64,000 nt of DNA, taken from a bacterium. GTDB taxonomy: Bacteria > JAMCPX01. Below the pieces are notes generated by a model. The model did no database searches. It saw only the letters and a list, made by a program, of their open reading frames with translations, and was not told where the DNA came from. Below are positions 1 through 9,515 of the stretch, one piece after another (the stretch's first letter is position 1; every line of letters begins with the position of its first letter). Location of the stretch: assembly GCA_021792615.1 (NCBI GenBank), contig JAJYUJ010000011.1, positions 2,179 to 66,178 on the forward strand, in the 5' to 3' direction. The translations under genes and the position numbers were made by a program.

Positions 1-1
1 C

Positions 2-1375
2 CGGATAATACGGGCATGCAAGGAAATGGGCATCAGGAGTGCCGTTATTTACACCGAAGAGGATTCAACGGCGCTTTACATCAAGAAGGCCGATGAGGCG
101 TATCTGGTCACACCCGGTCCCATAGAGGCTTATCTCAATATTCATAGAATCGTGGATATAGCCCAGAAGATAAGGGCGGATGCAATACATCCGGGATACG
201 GATTTGTATCGGAAAACCCCAAAATGGCAGAACTGTGCGAGAAAAGAGGCATAGTTTTCATCGGGCCTTCCTCTTCCGCAATAGAACTCATGGGTAACAA
301 ACTGAAAGCACGCGAATTCATGAAAGAGCACAATATACCCGTGGTTTTCGGCAGTGACGGACCCGTAGAAAATGAGAAAGATGCCATAACATGGGGCAAG
401 AAGATCGGTTTTCCCGTCATATTGAAGGCATCCGGGGGAGGCGGCGGCAGAGGTCTGAGGATCGCAAACAGCGAGAACGAACTCAAAAGATACTATGGAC
501 TTGCAAAATCAGAGGCTGCAAAATTCTTCGATAATCCCGAGATCTTCATCGAAAAATATATCATCAAGCCCCACCATATAGAGGTACAGGTTCTCGCGGA
601 TCATCACGGCAATGTCATTCATCTCGGTGAACGCGATTGCTCCATACAAAGACGGCATCAGAAGGTTATCGAAATAGCTCCTTCACTGGTGTTAAGTGAT
701 AAGAAAAGGAAAGAGCTCGGCGCTCTTGCCGTAAAAATAGCAAAGCTTGTACACTACACCAATGCCGGTACGATTGAATTTATCGTTGACAGCAACATGC
801 GGTATTATTTCATGGAGATGAACACGAGGCTTCAGGTCGAGCATCCGGTTACAGAATCCGTAACGGGCATCGACATCGTAAAAAAACAGATAGAGATAGC
901 GGCAGGCCTCGAACTCGGCATAAAACAAAAGGACGTCAAGATAAAAGGCAATGCAATAGAGTGCAGACTGATAGCCGAAGATCCCCAGAATGCATTTTTG
1001 CCGAACGGAGGCAGGATTACGGCTTATTACTCTCCGGGCGGTATCGGGGTAAGGATAGACGGCGCTGTGTATAAAGACTATGTCGTACCCGACTACTACG
1101 ATCCGCTCCTCTTAAAGCTGACGGTCATGGGAGGGACATGGCAGGAATCCGTGAACAGAATGCGGAGAGCTCTGGACGAATTCGTCATACGGGGCATCAA
1201 GACCAATATTCCGTACCTGCAGGCCATTGTGAACAGCGAGGATTTTAAAAAGGGGTATTTCGATACGGAGTTTGTCAATGAACACCCCGAACTCATGGAA
1301 TACGTAAACAAGGTAGACCCTGCAGATATGGTTATAGCAATTGCATCGGCCATTGCCATGCATGAAGGACTATAA
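2..1375 (+). CDS. pycA: Biotin carboxylase subunit (pyruvate carboxylase subunit A / AccC family); 5' end cut by window edge
   Basis: Frame is open back to base 2 (RIIRACKEMGIRS...). ATP-grasp glycine loop KASGGGGGRGLR and MEMNTRLQVEHPVTE motif. The carboxyltransferase/biotinyl subunit gene follows 58 bp downstream. Confidence 0.88.
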   Translation, partial: RIIRACKEMGIRSAVIYTEEDSTALYIKKADEAYLVTPGPIEAYLNIHRIVDIAQKIRADAIHPGYGFVSENPKMAELCEKRGIVFIGPSSSAIELMGNKLKAREFMKEHNIPVVFGSDGPVENEKDAITWGKKIGFPVILKASGGGGGRGLRIANSENELKRYYGLAKSEAAKFFDNPEIFIEKYIIKPHHIEVQVLADHHGNVIHLGERDCSIQRRHQKVIEIAPSLVLSDKKRKELGALAVKIAKLVHYTNAGTIEFIVDSNMRYYFMEMNTRLQVEHPVTESVTGIDIVKKQIEIAAGLELGIKQKDVKIKGNAIECRLIAEDPQNAFLPNGGRITAYYSPGGIGVRIDGAVYKDYVVPDYYDPLLLKLTVMGGTWQESVNRMRRALDEFVIRGIKTNIPYLQAIVNSEDFKKGYFDTEFVNEHPELMEYVNKVDPADMVIAIASAIAMHEGL

Positions 1376-1433
1376 AGATAAAGTTCTTTTTCATAATGAG
1401 TGATAATTTAAAAATAGAAAGCAGAGAGTAGAG

Positions 1434-3272
1434 ATGATCAAAAAAATAAATATAACGGACACAACATTGAGAGACGCACACCAGTCACATATAGCAACAA
1501 GACTGAAAACGGAAGATATGCTTCCTATCTGCGAGAAGATGGACAAGGTCGGCTTCTGGTCAATGGAGGTATGGGGCGGCGCGACATTCGATACAGCCAT
1601 GCGGTTCCTCAGGGAGGATCCGTGGGAAAGACTCAAGGAACTGAAGAAAGCGCTGCCGAACACAAAACTCCAGATGCTGCTGAGGGGACAGAACCTTGTC
1701 GGGTATAAGCATTACCCGGACGATATCGTATGGAAATTCGTAGAAAAATCCGCGGAGAACGGCATCGATATATTCAGGATCTTCGATGCCCTCAATGATA
1801 TAAGAAACGTTCGTTCATCCATAAAGGCGGCGAAGCAGTTCGGAAAGTTTGTCGAAGGCGCACTCAGTTACACCACCAGCCCTGTCCATACAACCGAGTA
1901 TTTTTTAGATTATGCGAAGGCCCTTGAAGATCTCGGCGTAGACAGCATCTGCATAAAAGACATGGCAGGCCTGATTAAACCTTACGAGGCCTATGATCTT
2001 GTCGGGAGGTTGAATGAGTCAATAAAGGTCCCGCTCCATTTCCACACCCATGATACCGCCGGGTTTGCCACGATGTCCGTTTTAAAAGCAATTGAGGCAG
2101 GTATAGATATCGTCGACACTGCAATATCGCCCTTTGCTTCGGGTACGTCCCAGGCACCGACAGAATCCATCGTGGCCGCTTTGAAGGATACCGATTATGA
2201 CACAGGCTTATCGCTCGAAATACTTGCCGACATTGCGGATTATTTTAGAGAGATTAAAAAGAAATATGCCGCGTTCGAGAGCGAGTATACCGGTATAAAC
2301 ACCAAGATACTCTTATGGCAGATACCCGGCGGTATGCTATCGAACCTGGCATCCCAGCTCAAAGAGCAGAACGCTCTGGATAAAATAAACGATGTCCTGG
2401 ACGAGGTACCCGCCGTGAGGCAGGACCTCGGGTACCCCCCGCTCGTGACACCGACAAGCCAGATAGTCGGTTCTCAGGCAACGCTGAATATCATCAGCGG
2501 AGAGAGATACAAAGTAATAACGAATGAAATAAAAAATTATCTGAAAGGACTTTACGGCAAGCCGCCGGGCACGATAAACGAAAACTTAAGAAAACTTGCC
2601 ATAGGAACAGAAAAGGTTATCGATCGCAGGCCTGCTGACTACCTTGAATCCGAATTTAATAAACTCAAAGCAGAGATCGGCAACAGGGCAAAATCGGAAG
2701 AAGATGTGCTCTCGTATGCCCTGTTCCCCCAGGTTGCATCCGAGTTTTTTGAACTCAGGGAAAAAGGAGAGTTAAAGGTCTTAATGCCGAGATTCGAAGC
2801 TCCGCAAAAAGAAAAAGAGAAAAAACTTATAGCGCGGTTTGCACCGAGCGAATTTAATGTGAAACTTCATGGGGAGATGTACCATATCAGGATAGCAGGG
2901 TCGGGGCAAAGAACCGAAAACCCACGGATGTTTTTCGTCTACGTAGACGGAAAACTTGAAGAGGTGATCGTTGAGCCGCTTGTCGAGGTCGTCACCTCTC
3001 AGGAAGGCGAACTGATACCGAAGGCGGCAATCAAAACGGAGCGACCGAAAGCAACGGAGGTCGGCGACGTAACGACAACAATCCCGGGTAAGGTATCTTC
3101 TATCAAAGTCAAAAAGGGAGACACGGTGGTTGCAGGCGATGCCGTCATGGTAATAGAAGCCATGAAAATGGAAAACGAAGTCCACACACCTATAGACGGC
3201 GTCGTATATGAAATTTATGTAAATGACGGCGATACCGTCAACCCCGGAGAAGCCCTTATCAGGATACGCTGA
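1434..3272 (+). CDS. pycB: Pyruvate carboxylase subunit B / oxaloacetate decarboxylase alpha-like (carboxyltransferase TIM barrel plus C-terminal biotinyl domain)
   Basis: ITDTTLRDAHQS and HFHTHDTAG metal-site motifs. C-terminal biotinylation motif VIEAMKMENEV. Sits directly after the biotin carboxylase gene. Confidence 0.88.
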   Translation: MIKKINITDTTLRDAHQSHIATRLKTEDMLPICEKMDKVGFWSMEVWGGATFDTAMRFLREDPWERLKELKKALPNTKLQMLLRGQNLVGYKHYPDDIVWKFVEKSAENGIDIFRIFDALNDIRNVRSSIKAAKQFGKFVEGALSYTTSPVHTTEYFLDYAKALEDLGVDSICIKDMAGLIKPYEAYDLVGRLNESIKVPLHFHTHDTAGFATMSVLKAIEAGIDIVDTAISPFASGTSQAPTESIVAALKDTDYDTGLSLEILADIADYFREIKKKYAAFESEYTGINTKILLWQIPGGMLSNLASQLKEQNALDKINDVLDEVPAVRQDLGYPPLVTPTSQIVGSQATLNIISGERYKVITNEIKNYLKGLYGKPPGTINENLRKLAIGTEKVIDRRPADYLESEFNKLKAEIGNRAKSEEDVLSYALFPQVASEFFELREKGELKVLMPRFEAPQKEKEKKLIARFAPSEFNVKLHGEMYHIRIAGSGQRTENPRMFFVYVDGKLEEVIVEPLVEVVTSQEGELIPKAAIKTERPKATEVGDVTTTIPGKVSSIKVKKGDTVVAGDAVMVIEAMKMENEVHTPIDGVVYEIYVNDGDTVNPGEALIRIR

Positions 3273-3294
3273 AAATAATAATTCAGGAGGATGT

Positions 3295-4098
3295 ATGAAA
3301 AGAACACCCGCAGTTGCAGGGACGTTTTATCCTGCGAATGCAGCAAGTCTCGGGAGACTGGTCGAGGAATTTTCATTGCCTGAACAAAATCGAGTAAAAG
3401 CAAAAGGCATCGTTTCACCCCACGCCGGGTATATCTATTCAGGCAGTGTTGCGGGTAAAGTATACTCGAGTGTTGAAGTACCCGGTACAGTTGTTGTCAT
3501 AGGACCCAACCACACCGGATATGGAAGCAAGGCTGGTATACTGACGAAAGGTGTTTTCAGTATGCCTGGATTCTCCATGGAAATCGATCATGAACTTGCG
3601 GTATCGATTATGAAAAATTCCGATATCGTAGAGGAAGATACCGACTCGCACACGCACGAACATTCCCTCGAGGTTCAACTCCCCTTTATCCACTACCATA
3701 ATCCTTCAGCCAGAATTGTACCACTCTGTGTTATGGGCAGAGGGTATGATTTTGTAAGTTCAATTGGAAACGCTTTGGCGAAGTCAATAAGAGACAGCGG
3801 CAAAGATGTGCTGATAGTCGCAAGCTCGGATATGACCCATTATGAATCGCAGCAGATTGCCCGGGAAAAGGACAACCTTGCGATCGAGAAGGTCATTGGC
3901 CTCGACCCGTTCGGCCTTATGAAGATCACCGTCGAAAGAGACATCTCCATGTGCGGAGTGATTCCCGTTGCAATCATGCTTATCAGTGCAAAACAACTCG
4001 GTGCCAAAAAAGCAAAGCTTGTCGATTATAAAACATCGGGAGAAGTGACCAACGAATACGACGAAGTCGTCGGATACGCCGGCATCATGGTGTATTAA
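3295..4098 (+). CDS. AmmeMemoRadiSam system protein B (MEMO1 family)
   Basis: Start moved from tracked 3223 to ATG 3295, with AGGAGG at 3285-3290. MKRTPAVAGTFYP N-terminus, SPHAGYIYSG and SSDMTHYE motifs typical of the MEMO1 family. Confidence 0.8.
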   Translation: MKRTPAVAGTFYPANAASLGRLVEEFSLPEQNRVKAKGIVSPHAGYIYSGSVAGKVYSSVEVPGTVVVIGPNHTGYGSKAGILTKGVFSMPGFSMEIDHELAVSIMKNSDIVEEDTDSHTHEHSLEVQLPFIHYHNPSARIVPLCVMGRGYDFVSSIGNALAKSIRDSGKDVLIVASSDMTHYESQQIAREKDNLAIEKVIGLDPFGLMKITVERDISMCGVIPVAIMLISAKQLGAKKAKLVDYKTSGEVTNEYDEVVGYAGIMVY

Positions 4099-4109
4099 CC
4101 CGAAAAACG

Positions 4110-4823
4110 CTACTTCTTTCTTGATTCCTTCTCTTCTATGCCGGAAACACCGAATCGTCGCGCGAGCTCCTGATACACATCGGCAATCGCAATATCCCTG
4201 AACCCGAGGAGGACCAGCAGGTGGAAGATAAGGTCTGCTGCTTCATAGACAACGTCGGCGTCCTTCTTTTCTTTTCCGGCCTCTGCTACCTCCGACGCTT
4301 CTTCCGTGATCTTTGCATTGATCGCAGCAACACCTTTGGCCATTAGAGAATGGACGTACGATTTCGGCGGCGGATTGTTCTTCCTTTGCAGGATGACGCC
4401 GTATACCGCATCGATGATCCCGGCATCGTCCGGGAGCGGATGTCCTGCCTTCGGACCGTTACGATGTTGCTTTTCTACATCGATGACCGCATTGCCCGTG
4501 AATTCCGAGAAGAAGCAGCTCCTATGACCCGTATGACAGGCAGCACCCGTTTGATCGATCCTGACCAGTATTGCATCGTTATCACAATCGTACCTCAGCG
4601 ATTTGAGGCGTTGGAAATGACCCGATGTTTCTCCCTTGAGCCATAGGGACTTCCTCGAGCGCGAATAGTAGTGTACCCTGCCCGTGGACAGGGTCTTTTT
4701 TAAGGCCTCTTCATCCATGTACGCGAGCATGAGTACATCGTTTGTCAGGTAGTCCTGGGCAATCGCAGGTACAAGACCATTCTTATCGAACTTTATTGTT
4801 TTTATCAATTCGTCGATATCCAT
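4110..4823 (-). CDS. hisIE: Bifunctional phosphoribosyl-AMP cyclohydrolase / phosphoribosyl-ATP pyrophosphatase
   Basis: N-terminal HisI signature (GLVPAIAQD, SRSRKSLWLKGETSG, C-x-TG-SCF) and C-terminal HisE/MazG-like helix pair. Last gene of the his cluster. Confidence 0.9.
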   Translation of the reverse strand: MDIDELIKTIKFDKNGLVPAIAQDYLTNDVLMLAYMDEEALKKTLSTGRVHYYSRSRKSLWLKGETSGHFQRLKSLRYDCDNDAILVRIDQTGAACHTGHRSCFFSEFTGNAVIDVEKQHRNGPKAGHPLPDDAGIIDAVYGVILQRKNNPPPKSYVHSLMAKGVAAINAKITEEASEVAEAGKEKKDADVVYEAADLIFHLLVLLGFRDIAIADVYQELARRFGVSGIEEKESRKK

Positions 4824-5606
4824 TTATACCAGCCTTATCGCCACACCTTTATTGTGCAAATATTCCTTGAGTTCTTTTATGGAAAGCTCCCTGAAATGGA
4901 ACAGGCTTGCAGCGAGACAGGCATCCGCACCGCCTCTGACAAACCCTTCGTAAAAATGCTCCATGTTCCCTGCACCCCCCGATGCTATGACCGGTATCCC
5001 TACCCTTTTTGTTATCTCTGCAGTTAGCTCTATATCATATCCGGATTTAGTTCCGTCCCGGTCAATACTTGTGAGCAGGATCTCACCTGCACCGGCGTGT
5101 TCCATCTTTTGTGACCATTCTACGGCATCTATGCCCGTAGCCTTCCTTCCTCCGTATATGTAGACCTCCCACGTCCCGCTCTTTCCCCCGTTTGCGGGGC
5201 CAGGTATCCTCTTCGCATCTATTGCCACAACGATACACTGGGCGCCAAAACGGTAAGATGCCTGTTTAACGAAGTCCGGGTTAAGGACTGCTTGTGTGTT
5301 GATGGATACCTTGTCCGCACCGGCACGCAGCAGGGTTTTTATATCCTCGAGTTCATTGATCCCTCCGCCCACCGTGAGAGGCATAAAGACTGCGTCGGCT
5401 GTTCTCTCCACAGCATCGATCAGCGTCGACCTGTGCTCGCTCGATGCTGTTATATCAAGGAACACTATCTCGTCCGCACCTTCCCTATCATATACCACGG
5501 CATTGTCCGCCGGGTCCCCTGCATCCCTTAATGCAATGAATTTGACACCCTTTACAACCCTTCCGTCCTTTATATCGAGACACGGTATTATTCTTTTCGT
5601 AAGCAT
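4824..5606 (-). CDS. hisF: Imidazole glycerol phosphate synthase cyclase subunit
   Basis: [20 protein letters not shown] start and [15 protein letters not shown] motifs. his cluster context. Confidence 0.93.
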   Translation of the reverse strand: MLTKRIIPCLDIKDGRVVKGVKFIALRDAGDPADNAVVYDREGADEIVFLDITASSEHRSTLIDAVERTADAVFMPLTVGGGINELEDIKTLLRAGADKVSINTQAVLNPDFVKQASYRFGAQCIVVAIDAKRIPGPANGGKSGTWEVYIYGGRKATGIDAVEWSQKMEHAGAGEILLTSIDRDGTKSGYDIELTAEITKRVGIPVIASGGAGNMEHFYEGFVRGGADACLAASLFHFRELSIKELKEYLHNKGVAIRLV

Positions 5607-6328
5607 TACTCAACAGCCTTCATTGCATCGATTAATTTTATTGCACCCGTGTACAGTGCCCTTCCTATGATAACGCCGGTAATGTTCTTATTGCGCAGGA
5701 GTTTTATAGTTCGGATATCGTCGATGTTCGATACACCCCCGGATAGGATCACCGGCTCTGATACCCCGTCAAGTGCCTTCTTTATTCTTTCGGGTTCTAT
5801 GCCACTGAGCGTGCCGTCCTTATAGATGTCCGTGACGATAAATGCATACACCGGAGCATCACTGAATTTTTTTATAAAATCATAGGAAGAGACATTTCCT
5901 GTCTGGGTCCAGCCCTTGATTGCAACAGCACCCGAAAGTACGTCTACACCTATGGATATTTTGCCCGGGTAATGTTTTGCTATCTTTATCACTTCCTCCG
6001 GGTGTTCATAAGCAAACGTCGTTATAACAATAGATCTCGCGCCATGCTCTATATAATATTCAACCATAGTGCGGTCGCGCACCCCGCCGCCTATCTGTAC
6101 AGGTACATGGACGGCTTTCAATATGCCGGTAATATAATCTCGATTCACCGGTTTGCCGGTAACGGCAGCATCGAGATCGACTATGTGAAGCATGCCGGCG
6201 CCTTCTTTTTCCCATTTTAATGCCATTTCCACAGGATCATCGCCGTATATATCTACGCGGTTGAATGACCCTTGCCATAACCTCACACATTTGCCTGATT
6301 TTATGTCTATAGCAGGTAGTATATTCAT
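5606..6328 (-). CDS. hisA: ProFAR isomerase (1-(5-phosphoribosyl)-5-[(5-phosphoribosylamino)methylideneamino]imidazole-4-carboxamide isomerase)
   Basis: [15 protein letters not shown] and QIGGGVR, SGGVS motifs. Lies between hisH and hisF. Confidence 0.92.
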   Translation of the reverse strand: MNILPAIDIKSGKCVRLWQGSFNRVDIYGDDPVEMALKWEKEGAGMLHIVDLDAAVTGKPVNRDYITGILKAVHVPVQIGGGVRDRTMVEYYIEHGARSIVITTFAYEHPEEVIKIAKHYPGKISIGVDVLSGAVAIKGWTQTGNVSSYDFIKKFSDAPVYAFIVTDIYKDGTLSGIEPERIKKALDGVSEPVILSGGVSNIDDIRTIKLLRNKNITGVIIGRALYTGAIKLIDAMKAVE

Positions 6329-6329
6329 C

Positions 6330-6950
6330 TCAACCCCTGTAATTTATGAAATTCGAAAGCAGCCTCAACCCGTTTTTCTGGCTCTTCTCCGGATGAAACT
6401 GTGTAGCTACGACATTATCCTTCTGAACGACGCTGGTGAAATCGATGCCGTAATCCGTGGTACCGATTGTGATGTCATCAAGAGGTGCCGGATAATATGA
6501 ATGCACAAAGTAAAAATAGCTTTTATCTTTGATACCTTCAAACAAAAAACTCTTTTTCCCCTGTTTCACCGTGTTCCAGCCCATATGCGGTATCTTCAGT
6601 CCCTTTCCGGCGAGTTGCTCATGATCAAACCCTTTAACGCTGCCTTTCATCAACCCAAGGCCTTTTACACCCGGGTTCTCATCACCGCCTTCAAAGAGCA
6701 TCTGCATACCCACGCATATACCAATCGTCGGCCTGCCTTTTGCAATGAACTGTTTTACAGCGTCTTCAATGCCGTATGCCCTGATATTATTCATACAATC
6801 GCCGAATGCTCCGACACCCGGTATTACCAGCTTATCCGCCTTCGAGATTGCATCGGGATCGTTCGATATCAGGGAGGATGCACCTATAGATGCAATCGCC
6901 TTTTCAACACTGCGCAGGTTACCCATCCCATAATCAACAATAACTATCAT
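6330..6950 (-). CDS. hisH: Imidazole glycerol phosphate synthase glutamine amidotransferase subunit
   Basis: MIVIVDYGMGNLRSV start, GICVGMQ catalytic Cys elbow, FVHSY and QFHPEKS motifs. Confidence 0.93.
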   Translation of the reverse strand: MIVIVDYGMGNLRSVEKAIASIGASSLISNDPDAISKADKLVIPGVGAFGDCMNNIRAYGIEDAVKQFIAKGRPTIGICVGMQMLFEGGDENPGVKGLGLMKGSVKGFDHEQLAGKGLKIPHMGWNTVKQGKKSFLFEGIKDKSYFYFVHSYYPAPLDDITIGTTDYGIDFTSVVQKDNVVATQFHPEKSQKNGLRLLSNFINYRG

Positions 6951-7010
6951 AGTTATCTTCTTTCAATGTAAACTTATTCATCGGTTTGAACGGTTTAAAC
7001 TTCCCATGTC

Positions 7011-7589
7011 TTATAAAACTCCCTTGGTGCTCGGCACGTCCTGGTCCGTAACTTTTACAGCCTGCCTCATCGCCCTGCCTAACCCTTTGAAACAAGACTC
7101 TATGATATGATGTCCATTGTCTCCATACAGCATATTGATGTGCAGGGTAATCCTTGATCTGAATGCAAATGCCTGAAAGAACACCTCGAACAACTCAGAA
7201 TCCATTTCGCCGATCTTTTCCGGGAGCTGAACAGACTTATAAACAAGGAACGGTCTTCCGCTGATATCCACAACCACCTGCGACAGTGCTTCATCCATCG
7301 GGGTTGCTGCGTGACCGAACCTGTGGATACCGGTTTTATCCGAAAGGGCTTTAAAAAAAACTTCGCCGATACTGAGGCCGGCATCTTCAACGGTATGGTG
7401 AAGATCGACATTGACATCACCTGATGCCTTGAGTTTAAGGTCGATCCTTGAAAAGAAGGTAAACAATTCAAGCATGTGATTCAAAAAGCCGATGGGTGTA
7501 TTGATCTCGGCCTTACCCGTACCATCAAGATCGAGTTCTACACTGATGTCTGTTTCTTTTGTCTTTCTTTCGAATTTGGCTTTTCTCAT
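7011..7589 (-). CDS. hisB: Imidazoleglycerol-phosphate dehydratase
   Basis: RKTKETDISVELDLDG, HHTVED and NGHHIIES motifs. Confidence 0.93.
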   Translation of the reverse strand: MRKAKFERKTKETDISVELDLDGTGKAEINTPIGFLNHMLELFTFFSRIDLKLKASGDVNVDLHHTVEDAGLSIGEVFFKALSDKTGIHRFGHAATPMDEALSQVVVDISGRPFLVYKSVQLPEKIGEMDSELFEVFFQAFAFRSRITLHINMLYGDNGHHIIESCFKGLGRAMRQAVKVTDQDVPSTKGVL

Positions 7590-7662
7590 ATCATACCTCC
7601 TTCTTATTTCCGCCTCTCAACCTCTCTCCTCACACCTTTCCCCTGCCCTATCGATCGTCTTC

Positions 7663-8820
7663 TCATATTACGCCTTTTCTCTTCAATTCTTCTATTTGTT
7701 CGTTCGTGTATCCAGCTTTTTTCAGGATCTCAACCGTGTGTTCGCCACCCGCCGGGGCTCTTTTGAAATCCCTTTTCTGTTCATTTCTGTGAAACGGATT
7801 TTTTATTGTAATGAATTCGTCCGCTCCTGCCTTTATAGAACCGAATATGCCTCTATATTTAATATGAGGATCATTGAGCAATTCATCAAGTTCGTTTACC
7901 GGTTCGACACACACATCTTCATTCTCAAAAAACTCCAGCCATTCTTTTCTTGTCTTTGAAAGAAAAACCTGCTGCACTTCATGGTATACCCGTTTGAAAT
8001 CTTCATCCTTTGCAAGCTGTTCCTCCACCAGATCCATCCTGTTTATCATCTCCAAGAACCTATTCCAGAATTTAGGTTCCAGTGCGCCGAGTGTAACAAA
8101 TTTATCGTCTTGTGTTCTGTAAACATTGTAACAGGGAATGCTGCCGGTAAGCTCCATCTCTTCCCTCTTTAAGTTTGTTTTCAGGTAAGGGAGATAGGGT
8201 GTCATAAAGCCTATCAAGCCGTCTACCATGGAGATGTCGAGGAATAAACCCTTTCCTGTCCTCTGTTTATGGAAAAGTCCAAGCATAATCGCCCCGAACG
8301 CCGTGATGCTGCCGCCCGCAATATCACCTATCTGCACACCGGGTATGAACGGTTTTTCCCGGGTGCCGGTTACACCGAGCGTACCGGCAACACCGATATA
8401 ATTCAGGTCGTGACCCGCTTTCCCGGAGTATGGACCGTCTTTACCGTAGCCGGAGAGAGAGCAGTACACGATTGCAGGATTAACCTGTTTGATTGCTTCA
8501 TAACCGACCCCGAGCTTATCCATGACACCCGGCCTGAAGCCTTCAACGACGACATCTGCTTCTTTTGCCAGCCTTTTGAACACCTTTACACCTTCCGGTG
8601 TTTTCAGGTTCAGTTTTATGCCTTTCTTGTCCCTGTTTAACGCCTCAAAAAGATTGCCGGACCCATTGCCTGCCACAGACATCCAGCGAAGATAGTCCCC
8701 CTGATCCGTATCTTCAATTTTGACAACCTCTGCACCGAGATCAGCGAGATACAGGGTCAGCAAAGGGCCCGGCAAAAGCCTTGTAAGGTCCAGGACCTTT
8801 ATGCTGTTCAGCAGCATCAT
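7663..8820 (-). CDS. CaiB/BaiF family (class III) CoA-transferase
   Basis: IKVLDLTRLLPGP N-terminus and family-typical GYGKDGPY, GxHDLNY-like segments. Substrate cannot be inferred. Confidence 0.75.
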   Translation of the reverse strand: MMLLNSIKVLDLTRLLPGPLLTLYLADLGAEVVKIEDTDQGDYLRWMSVAGNGSGNLFEALNRDKKGIKLNLKTPEGVKVFKRLAKEADVVVEGFRPGVMDKLGVGYEAIKQVNPAIVYCSLSGYGKDGPYSGKAGHDLNYIGVAGTLGVTGTREKPFIPGVQIGDIAGGSITAFGAIMLGLFHKQRTGKGLFLDISMVDGLIGFMTPYLPYLKTNLKREEMELTGSIPCYNVYRTQDDKFVTLGALEPKFWNRFLEMINRMDLVEEQLAKDEDFKRVYHEVQQVFLSKTRKEWLEFFENEDVCVEPVNELDELLNDPHIKYRGIFGSIKAGADEFITIKNPFHRNEQKRDFKRAPAGGEHTVEILKKAGYTNEQIEELKRKGVI

Positions 8821-9515
8821 ATATGTAACCTCATCATGAAAACCCGGACAAAGGCCTCGAGAACGATGTCCTTCGACATCTTTGACTGCCCTGCCCTCCT
8901 GTCTTCGAATATGATGGGCACTTCCTGGATACCGTAGCCTGCTTGTTTAATCCGGTAAGCCATTTCTACCTGAAAACCATACCCGTCCGATTTTATCTGA
9001 TCAAGATCGATCTTCTTCAGGGCCTCTGTGGAATAGCATCTGAAACCCGCTGTAATATCCCGTACCCGCATGCCGAGTATTACCCTTGCATAGAGGTTTC
9101 CGAACTTGCTTATCAACCGTCTCGACGTACCCCAGTTGACGGTCCCTCCTCCATCGACATACCGGGACCCGATCACAAGCCCGTTATTACGTAACTTTTC
9201 CAATAGCCGCGGCAGGTCAGAAGGTTTGTGCGAAAAATCGGCATCCATCTCAAACACGATATCGTATCCATGTTCCATTGCATACCTGAACCCCCGATTA
9301 TAGGCATTGCCCATGCCCATCTTTTTTGGCCTGTGCATGACCTGTACCGTGCTCATGGCTGCTGCAAGCCCGTCTGCTATCTTTCCCGTTCCGTCAGGGG
9401 AGTTATCATCTATGATAAGTATTTCGGCATCCGGGAGACTGGTGATGGTCTCACGCACAATCTTTTCTATATTTTCCGACTCATTGTAGGTCGGTATGAT
9501 GACAAGGCTCCTCAC
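8817..9515 (-). CDS. GT2 polyprenol-phosphate glycosyltransferase (DPM1/Ppm1-like)
   Basis: GTG start. VIIPTYNESENI, IIDDNSPDGT and EMDADFSH (DXD) motifs. 4-bp overlaps with both neighbours. Confidence 0.8.
   Translation of the reverse strand: MRSLVIIPTYNESENIEKIVRETITSLPDAEILIIDDNSPDGTGKIADGLAAAMSTVQVMHRPKKMGMGNAYNRGFRYAMEHGYDIVFEMDADFSHKPSDLPRLLEKLRNNGLVIGSRYVDGGGTVNWGTSRRLISKFGNLYARVILGMRVRDITAGFRCYSTEALKKIDLDQIKSDGYGFQVEMAYRIKQAGYGIQEVPIIFEDRRAGQSKMSKDIVLEAFVRVFMMRLHI

Noticed and set aside
3223-3294. Upstream extensions of tracked ORFs (3223, 25897, 27756, 39467, 40021, 39435, 57070)
   Set aside because: The extensions overlap the preceding gene or start at TTG/GTG without an RBS. Internal ATGs with Shine-Dalgarno sequences coincide with the family-typical N-termini or signal peptides.
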